DNA of 56,922 bases, counting the filler, from Actinomycetota bacterium (GTDB lineage: Bacteria; Actinomycetota; Acidimicrobiia; Spongiisociales; UBA4744): assembly GCA_013152275.1 (NCBI GenBank). It is 3 parts of 3 records of this genome, joined end to end, with 100 filler letters (N's around TTAATTAATTAA, not from the genome) between each part and the next. Parts side by side here need not be neighbours in the genome. Positions count along the whole stretch, not along the records: positions 30,981 to 44,690 come from JAADGS010000054.1; positions 44,791 to 56,922 come from JAADGS010000008.1; 1 more part is not named here. One strand, 5' to 3'. The notes under the pieces are model-generated. The model was not told the DNA's origin and made no database searches. It saw only the letters and a program-made list of their open reading frames with translations. Every line of letters starts with the position of its first letter. The first letter of the stretch is position 1. Of the stretch, positions 40,298 to 49,278 are shown piece by piece. The translations under genes were made by a program, and so were the position numbers.

Positions 40298-41475
40298 GCG
40301 AGTCCCTCCTCGCCGGTCGGTTCCTCGGCCCCCTTGAATCCTACGGCAGCGAACTCCGCGTGGCGGGCCCGTACCGCGGCCATCGCCGGGTGGTCCACAT
40401 CACGGCCGCTCACATGGTCGATCGGCAGGGTGGTCGCAGGGAGAAACGTCGTGGTGATTCCCAGTGCCCGGTCGGTGGCTTCGATCGATGCCGCCGCGTC
40501 GGGCCGCCCGGCGAGGGCACGGATGGCGTCGATATTCTCGGGAATGACGATGGCCTCGTTGTGCACCTGATAGGTGAGATACACCTCGTGGTCGTCGCTT
40601 GCGAGAGCGTCATCCCACACCGCGACCTCCCACATGTCTGCACGGGGACGGTCGAGGTCGCGCATCAGCTCGATCACCGAGTTGAGTGCCACCAGACCGT
40701 CGCCGGATCGGATGAGCGCGATCCGCGGCTCGTCGAAGAGGGCGTCGCGCAGCTCGGCGACCGTCACCCGGCGTGTGGTCTCCACCATCGCGAAGTGGAT
40801 GTGGGACAGGTTGAAGGGGCCGGCGGCGGCCATCGTGGTGAGATCCAGACCCGGAAGCACCTTGCGGGCATCGGGACCCTGGTGGCTCGGCACCCGCATC
40901 TCGGGGATCACCGTGTTGATCATCCCCGTGTCGTGGGACTCCCACGGATCCGTTCCGCGCCGCAGCACGACCACACGGGCTCGCTTCACCCAGCCGTTCC
41001 GATCGAGCGCATGCAGCACCCGGGACATGCCGGTGGTGTTGCACGAAACCACTCGAGTGAGCGAGCGTCCCACCGCGCCTTCGTAGTTGACCTGTGCGAC
41101 GAACGAATAGCCTGCGAGGTCGTGGGATTCGCCGCCCTGCAGGATCGCCTTCACACCCGCCTCCTCGTAGAGGACCCGGTTGACGGCCCCCACTCCCTTG
41201 GGCGTGCAGTCGACGATCACGTCCACCTGGCCCAGCAGGTCGAACAAGGTTCCGACGACGGGGATGCCGCCGGCCTTCATCTCCGGACCACGATCGGGCA
41301 GTGAGGCAAATATCGGATAGCCGCGTTCTGCCGCGACCTTGACGCGATAGCCGAAGCCCACGTCGGCGATCCCGACCAGCTCCATGTCGTCCTGGAGTGC
41401 GACGGCGTCGGCGACCCGCTTGCCGATCACCCCATAGCCGTTCACCCCAACTCGGATACGATCTTCGAATTCCAT
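40294..41475 (-). CDS. gap: Type II (archaeal-type) glyceraldehyde-3-phosphate dehydrogenase
   Basis: [79 protein letters not shown] overlap with copA. Confidence 0.93.
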   Translation of the reverse strand: MEFEDRIRVGVNGYGVIGKRVADAVALQDDMELVGIADVGFGYRVKVAAERGYPIFASLPDRGPEMKAGGIPVVGTLFDLLGQVDVIVDCTPKGVGAVNRVLYEEAGVKAILQGGESHDLAGYSFVAQVNYEGAVGRSLTRVVSCNTTGMSRVLHALDRNGWVKRARVVVLRRGTDPWESHDTGMINTVIPEMRVPSHQGPDARKVLPGLDLTTMAAAGPFNLSHIHFAMVETTRRVTVAELRDALFDEPRIALIRSGDGLVALNSVIELMRDLDRPRADMWEVAVWDDALASDDHEVYLTYQVHNEAIVIPENIDAIRALAGRPDAAASIEATDRALGITTTFLPATTLPIDHVSGRDVDHPAMAAVRARHAEFAAVGFKGAEEPTGEEGLA

Positions 41476-41508
41476 CGTCGGTCTCCTCATACTGTCGTGT
41501 GCCCCACC

Positions 41509-41540
41509 GTTTTACACCTTCCATCCGGATGGAATGTCAA
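41509..41540 (-). promoter_or_regulatory. MerR-family-type promoter/operator 2
   Basis: TTGACA-ttccatccggatggaaggtg (20 bp)-TAAAAC; perfect 16-bp palindrome TTCCATCCGGATGGAA. Confidence 0.85.
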
Positions 41541-41701
41541 GCCATGACTTTCCGGTACCCGGGCAGGATGCGGTTCGTTCCGACTCGCAGACCGACCCCG
41601 GCTTCTCGAGGCTCCGCCCCCCGAGGCCTCCACCCGGGAAACGAGGGCCGTCTACACGCTCGGTCGATACTCCCCGGATCCCGGATCGTCGGCCGGATCC
41701 G

Positions 41702-42847
41702 TCATCGTGGGCTCGGCTCGTTCATCCCGTGGGTGCACCAGACACAGTCACACGTCGTCGTGTGGCAGGCCCGATCCCGGTAGCCGAGACGCGTGCGGGT
41801 GAACCGGGGCAGCGCAGCCCGGGCGAGACGGGATTTGAGCGCGTTCGGCGCCCAGTGACGGTGAAGGCGCCGCCGCAGATCCGAAGATGAGGTGCCCTTT
41901 CTGAGCAGCAGCGAAACGACACCGGCGGGAAGCCGCTCGAACAGCAACCGGTTGAACAAGGCTGCCTCACGGACGCCACGGAAGCGATCCTGGGCCACTT
42001 CGCCATAGCCGAAACCTTCGAGAAGCGAACGGGCGGCGAGGGCACCCGACTCCATGGCATACCACATCCCGAACCCCCACTCGGGGTCTTGGAGGCCCGC
42101 CGCCTCTCCGACGAAGAGGCGGCCCCCCTCGTCGCCGAATCCGCTCGCCCCGAAGACCGCTCCGTACCCGGTGAAGGCCCGAGCATCGTCCAGGTCGAGG
42201 CCCGGCACGAGACCGGTAAACGTCTCGACACTCCGCCGACGGGCCTCCTTCCATCGCTGCTGGTCGCGGAACAGGCAGGTGGCCAGGGTGGCCTGGCCAT
42301 CCCAGACCAGCAGGTACGCATAGCCGGCCGGGGCGAGGTCCTCCGAGACGACACAGTGCGCCTGATCCTCCAGAGTCGTGGAGAACACGTATCCGGTGGC
42401 GATGCCATCGGCGAAACGGGGTCCGATGGCCACGATGTCGCCTCGTCGCGCCCGCTCGGCCGCCTGGCCCAACAGCACCTCGGCGCCCGCATCACGGGCC
42501 TGCTCCAGCAGGGCCCGATCCAGGGAACCGTCATCGGGGCCTCGTTTCACCAGGTAGAAGAGTGGTTCGAGCGAGCGGGTCGGCATCGGCCTCAATGCCC
42601 GGTCATAGAACGTCACTTCGTGGAACGGCCGATACGCGAACGTCGGCTCGATCCCGAGGTGGGCGAGGCGGTCCAGGGCGTCGGTCGGCGACGACCAGTT
42701 CTCCAACCCCTGGAAGTCGCCGGAGAAGCGGTGTCCGACCTCGGACGCCTTCTCGAAGACCCGCACCTGCCGCCCGGCACGGGCCAGCGTGGCCGCTGCG
42801 ACGAGCCCGGCCGGGCCCGCACCGATCACCGTATGGTCGTGTTCCAT
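41702..42847 (-). CDS. FAD-dependent oxidoreductase (geranylgeranyl-reductase-like) with Cys/His C-terminus
   Basis: VIGAGPAG, FEK, APAGYAY, VGEAAGLQDPEWGFGM; ends ACHTTTCDCVWCTH. Confidence 0.85.
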   Translation of the reverse strand: MEHDHTVIGAGPAGLVAAATLARAGRQVRVFEKASEVGHRFSGDFQGLENWSSPTDALDRLAHLGIEPTFAYRPFHEVTFYDRALRPMPTRSLEPLFYLVKRGPDDGSLDRALLEQARDAGAEVLLGQAAERARRGDIVAIGPRFADGIATGYVFSTTLEDQAHCVVSEDLAPAGYAYLLVWDGQATLATCLFRDQQRWKEARRRSVETFTGLVPGLDLDDARAFTGYGAVFGASGFGDEGGRLFVGEAAGLQDPEWGFGMWYAMESGALAARSLLEGFGYGEVAQDRFRGVREAALFNRLLFERLPAGVVSLLLRKGTSSSDLRRRLHRHWAPNALKSRLARAALPRFTRTRLGYRDRACHTTTCDCVWCTHGMNEPSPR

Positions 42848-42926
42848 GGTCTCATGCCCTCCCATGTCCGCCGTGGTCCGACCCGGACCGGACGCGGATC
42901 ACGCGTTGTGTGCTTCTCGGGGATCA

Positions 42927-44297
42927 TCAGCTTGCTCCGACCATCTCGGGCAGGAGCATCCCCGCGGCGGTCATGGCGTCGATGACTCGTCCGATGGCGA
43001 TGGTGAGCGCCTGGATGCGCCATGCTTCGGCGGGGGTCCCGGCGATGAGGTTCCATGTCGTCTCGAGCCGCTGCAGGACCAGGTCCCGCTCGTCGGTTTC
43101 GGGCCAGGACATCCTCTGGTGGTTCTGGACCCATTCGTAGTACGAGGAGATCACGCCTCCCGCGTTGGCGACGATGTCGGGGACGATCGCGACGCCTTTG
43201 TCGACGAGCGTCGCCTCTGCGTCCGGTGTGGTCGGCCCGTTGGCGCCCTCCACCACGAGTCGGGCCGAGAGCCGGGTCGCCACGCCCTGGTCGAGGGTGC
43301 CTTCCATCGCCGCCGGGATGACGATGTCGCACGGTACGGTCAGCACACTCGCCGCGAGCGTCTCCGCTCCGGGGAACTCGACGAGGCGCCTGCCGCGGCC
43401 GATCCACTCGATGAGCCCTTGCAGGTCGAGTCCGTTCTCGGCGTATACGGCGCCGGTCACATCGGCGACCGCGACGATCGTGGCGCCACGGTCGGCCAGC
43501 TCCACGGCGGCCCACCGTCCCACCGAGCCGAACCCCTCCACCGCCACCCGGGCGCCCTCGAGCGTCTCCCCGAGATGACCGTATGCCAGATCGGCGACGT
43601 GCGCCACCCCGACACCGGTGGCTTTCGCGCGAAAGGCGGTTCCGCCAAGGATCACCGGCTTGCCGGTGACGAGGCGGAGGTCGCCCTTGCCTGCTTCCGT
43701 CGCGGCGCGAAGGACCCAACCCATCACCGTAGAGTTCGTCCCGAGGTCGGGTGCGAGCACGTCGGTGTCGGGTCCGATCACCGGCAGCATCCCAACGGTG
43801 TACTGACGCGTGAGACTCCGTAGCTCGCGGGCGGACAGCTTCGCGGGGTCGCAAGGCACCCCACCCTTGGCGCCGCCGAACGGCAGGTCTGCCAGTGCGG
43901 TCTTCCACGTCATCAGGCGGGCCAGGGCGGTCACCTCGGCGGCATCGACGTCGGGGTGGTAGCGGATCCCGCCCTTGGCCGGTCCCAACGCCATCGAATG
44001 CTGAACGCGATAGCCGGTGAACACCTCGAGTGAGCCGTCGTCCCGCTCGAGGGGAATCTCCACCTCGACGCTACGGGCGGCACAGTGCAGCACACACGTC
44101 ACTGCCGCGTTCAGCCCCAGCGCTTCGGTGGCCCGCCGGAATCGTTCCGCCTCCCAATCGAGGAGACCCCCGCCGTGAGCCGTCTGGTGCGGTGCCGTGC
44201 CGTGATCGTGCTGTGAGTTGCGGCACCGCTCACCCTCTGCGCCGCACTCTTCCTCGTCGGGAACGACCTGTGGTTTCGGTTCGGTGGTGGTGGGCAT
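42927..44297 (-). CDS. gdhA: Glu/Leu/Phe/Val dehydrogenase, probably glutamate dehydrogenase
   Basis: GYRVQH, GPAKGGIRY, MTWK, PFGGAKGG, VTGKP, GFGSVG, EGANGP, NAGGV..SYYEWVQN. Confidence 0.9.
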   Translation of the reverse strand: MPTTTEPKPQVVPDEEECGAEGERCRNSQHDHGTAPHQTAHGGGLLDWEAERFRRATEALGLNAAVTCVLHCAARSVEVEIPLERDDGSLEVFTGYRVQHSMALGPAKGGIRYHPDVDAAEVTALARLMTWKTALADLPFGGAKGGVPCDPAKLSARELRSLTRQYTVGMLPVIGPDTDVLAPDLGTNSTVMGWVLRAATEAGKGDLRLVTGKPVILGGTAFRAKATGVGVAHVADLAYGHLGETLEGARVAVEGFGSVGRWAAVELADRGATIVAVADVTGAVYAENGLDLQGLIEWIGRGRRLVEFPGAETLAASVLTVPCDIVIPAAMEGTLDQGVATRLSARLVVEGANGPTTPDAEATLVDKGVAIVPDIVANAGGVISSYYEWVQNHQRMSWPETDERDLVLQRLETTWNLIAGTPAEAWRIQALTIAIGRVIDAMTAAGMLLPEMVGAS

Positions 44298-44468
44298 CGA
44301 GGTCTCCTCTCGAGGATCTCATCGGGGTCGGCCGGGGTGCCGACCGATCTTGCGGCCGATCCAGGACTCCCTTCCAGCGGGCGGATCAGGTCGGGATCGA
44401 GCCACATGGGGTTCGGTTCGATCGTGGCTCCCATGTTCGGGAGCACCGATATCGGCATCTCGTCCAAA

Positions 44469-44500
44469 AGCCTACGCCTTCCATCCGCCTGGAAGGTCAA
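44469..44500 (-). promoter_or_regulatory. MerR-family-type promoter/operator 1
   Basis: TTGACC-ttccaggcggatggaaggcg (20 bp)-TAGGCT; dyad CCTTCCA-N6-TGGAAGG. Confidence 0.85.
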
Positions 44501-44596
44501 GGGGTATGTGGCGATTTGCCGAGTGATGCCGGTTTGTGCCACGCACTTCGTACTTCGCATCACGACGTCGGGTCGATGCACCCATGCGTCTATTGG

Positions 44597-44690
44597 TCCC
44601 CCCAAGGGAGCGAAGCGACCGCAGGGGGGAAAGTACCGCAGCGGCTTTGCGCTGGGGTAGGGGGGTCTTCGTCGGGGAGCGAAGCGACCG
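44597..44690. repeat. REP-like repeat at contig end
   Basis: GGGAGCGAAGCGACCG occurs twice within C/G-run palindromic sequence; contig breaks here. Confidence 0.65.
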
Positions 44691-44790
44691 NNNNNNNNNN
44701 NNNNNNNNNNNNNNNNNNNNNNNNNNNNNNNNNNTTAATTAATTAANNNNNNNNNNNNNNNNNNNNNNNNNNNNNNNNNNNNNNNNNNNN
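44691..44790. other. Artificial contig linker
   Basis: N-flanked TTAATTAATTAA. Confidence 0.97.
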
Positions 44791-45287
44791 GACGACCAGT
44801 CGTCTGTGCTCTGGGCCGGCAGCAGCACCGACATCGCCACCCGTGCACCGTCGGGTCCGGCGGCCAGCGACAGAGGCTCCACCTGCGGATGCTCCCAGAT
44901 CACGGTGCGTTCCCCATCGAGGGTGATCGACCACAACGTGGTGCCGTCATCGTGCAACAACGCCCCGACCGGTACCCGACCCCCGGGCCACGATAACCCG
45001 GCCAGCGGACCCACCGGCTCCTGCACGACCGTCGTCGACGTCGTCGCGGTAGGTGTCGCGGTCGTGGTGGACGAGGCAAGGGTCGTCGAGGGAGCGGGTG
45101 TTGTCGTCGTGGACGGCAAAGGGGCCGTCGAGATTGGCGGTTGGGTGGCCGGGCTGCACGCAGCGGCCACGACCAGCATCCCCACCAGCGCTCCCCAAGG
45201 CATCACGAATGGCGCCTCTTGGCCTCGACGGCCAACCGACCGGGATCGACGGAAGAGGCTGCCGATGAACACGGTGACGCGTCGCAT
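44791..45287 (-). CDS. Putative lipoprotein, 3'-truncated at contig edge
   Basis: GGAGGTG RBS; LVGMLVVAAAC lipobox; Thr/Pro linker. Confidence 0.65.
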
Positions 45288-45440
45288 CGTGCACCTCCAT
45301 TCATGTGATGGAACGGCCCTGGTGTCGTTCCACCTACAACGTACTACGGCACGGAAGGGCGTCAAAAGGGAAAGTCTGTCCCGGTCTCTGCTCACCCGAG
45401 GCCGCACCCCGCGGGGTGAGCATTGACGAGACCGTCCGTT

Positions 45441-46571
45441 CTACTCCAGCACGACGATGTTCCGCTTCGCGCACATGTCCTTGAGGATCTGGGGCCAGAC
45501 CGTGACACTGACCTCTCCGAGGTGTGCCTTGCGCAGCAGGTACATGTAGGTTCGTGACTGACCGATCCCTCCACCGATCGAGAGGGGGATCTCATCGTTG
45601 AGGATCGCCTGGTGGTAGGGCAGCTTCAGAAACTCCGTCTGGCCGGTCATCCCCAGTTGTTGCACCAACGTCTCCTTGGTCACCCTGATCCCCATCGAGG
45701 TCAGTTCATGCCGGCGTCGTGTGACGGGATTCCACACGAGGATGTCCCCGTTGAGCCCGTGCATCGGGCGTCCGTCCGCCGACACGGTGGGAGTGATCCA
45801 GTCGTCGTAGTCGGCGGCCCGCATCTCGTGCGGATAGCCGTCCGCGAGCGTCCAGCCGATCCCGTAGATGAAGATGGCCGGATACTCCTGCAGGATCGCG
45901 GTCTCGCGCTGCTTGCGGGGCAGCTCCGGGTACCTGTCGAGGATGTCCTCGGCATGCAAGAACGTCAGTTCCCGCGGTATCGGTGGATAGCGGTCATCTC
46001 GCAACTGTGGCCACTGCTCCAAGAGAAGGTCGTTCGCACCGACGAGGACGCTCCAGATTCTCTTGACCACATCGGTGAGGAACGCGAGGTTGCGTTGGCC
46101 GGCGGTGATGACTCGTTCCCAGTCCCACTGGTCGACGTATGCGCTGTGATCGTGGTCCAGGAAGTAGTCCTTGCGGACGGCCTTCATGTCGGTGAGGAGG
46201 CCCTCACCCGGGCCCATCCCGAACTGCTGCAGCGCCACCCGCTTCCACTTGGTGGCCGCCTGGACCACCTGGGCGTCGATGGGATGCCGATCGTGATCAT
46301 TCGAGATGTGGAACTGGACCGGCGTTCGAGATCCGTCCCGATCGAGCATGTCGTTCACGCCACTCTTGACATCCACGATCAGGGGCACCTGCACCATCAT
46401 CAAGTTCAGTTCCTTGCTCAGGTTGTCTTCGATGTACTGCTTGGCAGCAAAGAGGGCGGCCATGGTCTCCTTCGGTGTGAGGGAAGGCCGATAGTCGGTG
46501 GGCAGGATCTTCTCGACTTCCTCGTACGTGCCGATCCCGGGTCCGGCGAGGTCTGCGGTCTTGTCGCTCAT
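45441..46571 (-). CDS. asnA: Aspartate--ammonia ligase
   Basis: SGVND, KWKR, GEGLLTDMKAVR, HSAYVDQWDWE, RAADYDDW, GLNGDI, ELTSMGIRV, SIGGGIGQSR; CAGGAGG RBS. Confidence 0.95.
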   Translation of the reverse strand: MSDKTADLAGPGIGTYEEVEKILPTDYRPSLTPKETMAALFAAKQYIEDNLSKELNLMMVQVPLIVDVKSGVNDMLDRDGSRTPVQFHISNDHDRHPIDAQVVQAATKWKRVALQQFGMGPGEGLLTDMKAVRKDYFLDHDHSAYVDQWDWERVITAGQRNLAFLTDVVKRIWSVLVGANDLLLEQWPQLRDDRYPPIPRELTFLHAEDILDRYPELPRKQRETAILQEYPAIFIYGIGWTLADGYPHEMRAADYDDWITPTVSADGRPMHGLNGDILVWNPVTRRRHELTSMGIRVTKETLVQQLGMTGQTEFLKLPYHQAILNDEIPLSIGGGIGQSRTYMYLLRKAHLGEVSVTVWPQILKDMCAKRNIVVLE

Positions 46572-46857
46572 GACACCTCCTGCGTCATGTCTCACGCTAC
46601 GCCAGATGGCAGGCAGGCCGCGATGCCGGGACCGCCCTTCTTCACCGGTGCTTCTTCGACGGAGACCACACACGATGGCGTCGTAGGGGCGAGGACGTGG
46701 CGAACGATGGGGTGGCAGAAGGGCGGAGGCTCCCCGATGCGGCGCTCGATAGTGATTTGACCCCGGAATCCGTTCTTGCGTGAACCGGCTGCCTTGGCCG
46801 CGGTCCGCTCATGCAAGTTTCGTGCGGAGGCTGGTGCCGGCGGTACGGTCAGGCGCG

Positions 46858-47751
46858 ATGGAACGGTTTGTCGCCCCCGCGTTGCCCGACTGGCTCGACA
46901 CGATGGTGCCGTTCGACCGGTACATGGTCGATATCGGCGAGCACCGGTTTCACGTCATGGAGATCGGTGAAGGCCGACCGGTGCTGTGTGTTCACGGCAA
47001 CCCGACGTGGGGATTCCTATACCGGAAGGTCGCCGCTGCGCTGACCGGTGACCCGGTTCGCGTCATCATGCCGGACTTGATCGGTCTCGGGTTCTCTGAC
47101 CATCCACGCGACCCTGACGTGCATACGCTCGAGAACCACACCGAGTGGTTGGGACGACTCGTCGATCTGCTCGACCTCACCGATGTGACCTTGGTCGTTC
47201 AGGATTGGGGCGGCGCGATCGGCACAGGTGCGTTCTCGAAGCGCCCTGACCGTCTCGCCGGCCTGGTCGCACTCAACACGGTGCTGAGCGAACCGAAACT
47301 CGGCTTCACACCGACCTGGTTCCACCGCTTCAGCCGTATGCCGGTGATCAGCGACCTCGCCTTCCGGCTGGTGGGATTCCCACAGGTGCGCCTTGCGATG
47401 GTGCAAGGCGACAAGTCCTCCATCACCGGTGACGTGTCGCGGGCCTACCGCTACCCGTTGCGGTCCCGCGTAGGGAATCAGGCGCCGCTCGCCCTGGCGC
47501 GCATGGTCCCGAACTCGATGAAGCACCCTTCCGTCGACCCGCTACGCCGTGTCGGCGAATTCGTCCGTGCCTACGACGGGCCTGCGGCGATCGTTTGGGG
47601 AGACCGAGATCCGGTCCTGGGCAGGGCCCGCAATCACGTTGCCTCGATGCTGCCACAGGCCGAGGTCACTCGGACCGCCGCCGGACACTTCCTGCAAGAA
47701 GAGGTTCCGCAGGAGATCGCAGCCGCCATTCGCCGGGTCACTCTGATCTGA
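46858..47751 (+). CDS. Haloalkane dehalogenase-like alpha/beta hydrolase
   Basis: HGNPTW, DLIGLGFSD, QDWGG (Asp nucleophile followed by Trp), WGDRDP, AGHFLQEE. Confidence 0.85.
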   Translation: MERFVAPALPDWLDTMVPFDRYMVDIGEHRFHVMEIGEGRPVLCVHGNPTWGFLYRKVAAALTGDPVRVIMPDLIGLGFSDHPRDPDVHTLENHTEWLGRLVDLLDLTDVTLVVQDWGGAIGTGAFSKRPDRLAGLVALNTVLSEPKLGFTPTWFHRFSRMPVISDLAFRLVGFPQVRLAMVQGDKSSITGDVSRAYRYPLRSRVGNQAPLALARMVPNSMKHPSVDPLRRVGEFVRAYDGPAAIVWGDRDPVLGRARNHVASMLPQAEVTRTAAGHFLQEEVPQEIAAAIRRVTLI

Positions 47752-47769
47752 CCAGAGGCGGCCCCGGTC

Positions 47770-47810
47770 TCATCAATGCCGGCAGGACTATGTGCGGCCG
47801 GCATTGATGA
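47770..47810. repeat. REP-like hairpin
   Basis: Perfect 14-bp stem TCATCAATGCCGGC/GCCGGCATTGATGA. Confidence 0.8.
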
Positions 47811-47892
47811 CACGTGTGTTGTACTCCAGCATGGCGACCGATGAAGTGACAGAAGGGCGAAGGTTCTCCGGCGCGGCGCTAGCCTGGCGGCA

Positions 47893-48897
47893 ATGGCACA
47901 CGTTCGTCTGTTCGCCGGCCTTCGGGAGCTCGCGGGAACTCCGGTCGTGGACATTCCCGGGTCGACCGTCGAGGAGGTTCTCACTCTTGTGACCGATCGC
48001 TATGGGAGTGACTTTCGGAGGGGTCTCGCACATGCGCGCATCTGGGTGAACGGAGACCCTGCCGAAGGCGATCGTGTCGTGGGGCCGGAAGACGAAGTGG
48101 CGCTACTGCCTCCGGTCTCCGGTGGGGCGGCGCTCGCGCCGGAGGTGAAGGTCCTTGCGTCGTTTGCTGCCGCCATCGTCTTACTGGTCGCCAACGCCAT
48201 CGACAATCCGGTCTGGTTCGTTGCGGCTCTTGTCGGTGTCGGCGGAGCCTGGGCCTGGGATATCAGCGAGCATGGTGTGACGAGTGGAAGCGCCATGCGG
48301 GTTCCGCTGTTGGTGGCCGTGCTTGCCGGAGCGGTCATCCCGTACGCCTGGAACGTCGGGCGCGGGGATGCGGCAGGAATCGGGCTTGCCATTCTCATTG
48401 CGATCTTGGCCGTCATGGTCCAAGGGGTCATCGTTTCGGCGACGCGCGATTTCACGTCCATCGCCGTGGCACTCACCGCGGCGGTCATCGCCGCCGCAGG
48501 AATAGGCTCACTCGTCATCGCCCGGATAGCGACGACCTCTGGACAGAGATGGATCTGGATGTTCCTCTTGATGGTGATAGCGGGCAGAGGAGTGGCTGCT
48601 TTTCTGGTCGGCAGAGCATCTGTCCCCGCTCTGGATCCTCTGAGCGGTGGCGTGGTCGCGACCATCGTGATGGGCGTCGCCAGTGCCCTGCTGTGGGATC
48701 TCAATGGTTTCGCGGCGTTCCTCGTGGCCATTCTCGTCGCCATCGTGCTCATTGTCGGAGCAGCATTCGCGTCACTGCTGAGTACGAGAGAGGTCTACTT
48801 CACTCAGGCGATTCCGGGCGTGCTCTCCGATGTGGGCGCCGGATTGTTGGCTGCGATGGTGTTTCTTCCTGTGGCGCGGCTGCTGCTGCCGGTCTGA
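47893..48897 (+). CDS. MoaD/ThiS ubiquitin-like domain fused to a multi-pass membrane domain
   Basis: VRLFAGLRELAG...VNG...DEVALLPPVSGG, then about 8 TM helices in the same frame. Confidence 0.85.
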   Translation: MAHVRLFAGLRELAGTPVVDIPGSTVEEVLTLVTDRYGSDFRRGLAHARIWVNGDPAEGDRVVGPEDEVALLPPVSGGAALAPEVKVLASFAAAIVLLVANAIDNPVWFVAALVGVGGAWAWDISEHGVTSGSAMRVPLLVAVLAGAVIPYAWNVGRGDAAGIGLAILIAILAVMVQGVIVSATRDFTSIAVALTAAVIAAAGIGSLVIARIATTSGQRWIWMFLLMVIAGRGVAAFLVGRASVPALDPLSGGVVATIVMGVASALLWDLNGFAAFLVAILVAIVLIVGAAFASLLSTREVYFTQAIPGVLSDVGAGLLAAMVFLPVARLLLPV

Positions 48898-48900
48898 GCC

Positions 48901-49278
48901 GTGAGCGCCCATGACCGTCGCTCGGTGCGGACGCGCCGTCAACTGGCCGTGTTCATCGGGGGAGGTTTCGGTGCGGGGGCGAGGGCCGCCATCGCCTCAC
49001 TTGTCTCGGGCACGCTTTGGGCAACCTTCGGCGTCAACATCGTTGGGGCGTACGCGTTGGGATACCTTCTCCCGAGACTGCGACTTGCCGGCCGTTCGAG
49101 GATGATCAGCCTCCCACTTCTCGGCGTCGGCTTTCTCGGTGCCTTCACAACGTTCTCGACGTTCGCAGTGCAGCTGTGGCACATGCCCCTCCTCCTGTCG
49201 GTTACCTACGCTGCCGCGACGGTTGCGTCCGGGGTGGTTGCAGGGGCGGTCGGGCTGCGCCAGGGGAGGGGACGATGA
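48901..49278 (+). CDS. crcB: Fluoride channel Fluc/CrcB, subunit 1
   Basis: GGGFGAGAR, ATFGVNIVG, GFLGAFTTFSTF. Confidence 0.9.
   Translation: MSAHDRRSVRTRRQLAVFIGGGFGAGARAAIASLVSGTLWATFGVNIVGAYALGYLLPRLRLAGRSRMISLPLLGVGFLGAFTTFSTFAVQLWHMPLLLSVTYAAATVASGVVAGAVGLRQGRGR

Noticed and set aside
44111..44605. 164-aa ORF spanning promoter 1 and the gdh start
   Set aside because: Overlaps the promoter and gdh out of frame, has no RBS or motif, and is not a MerR protein.
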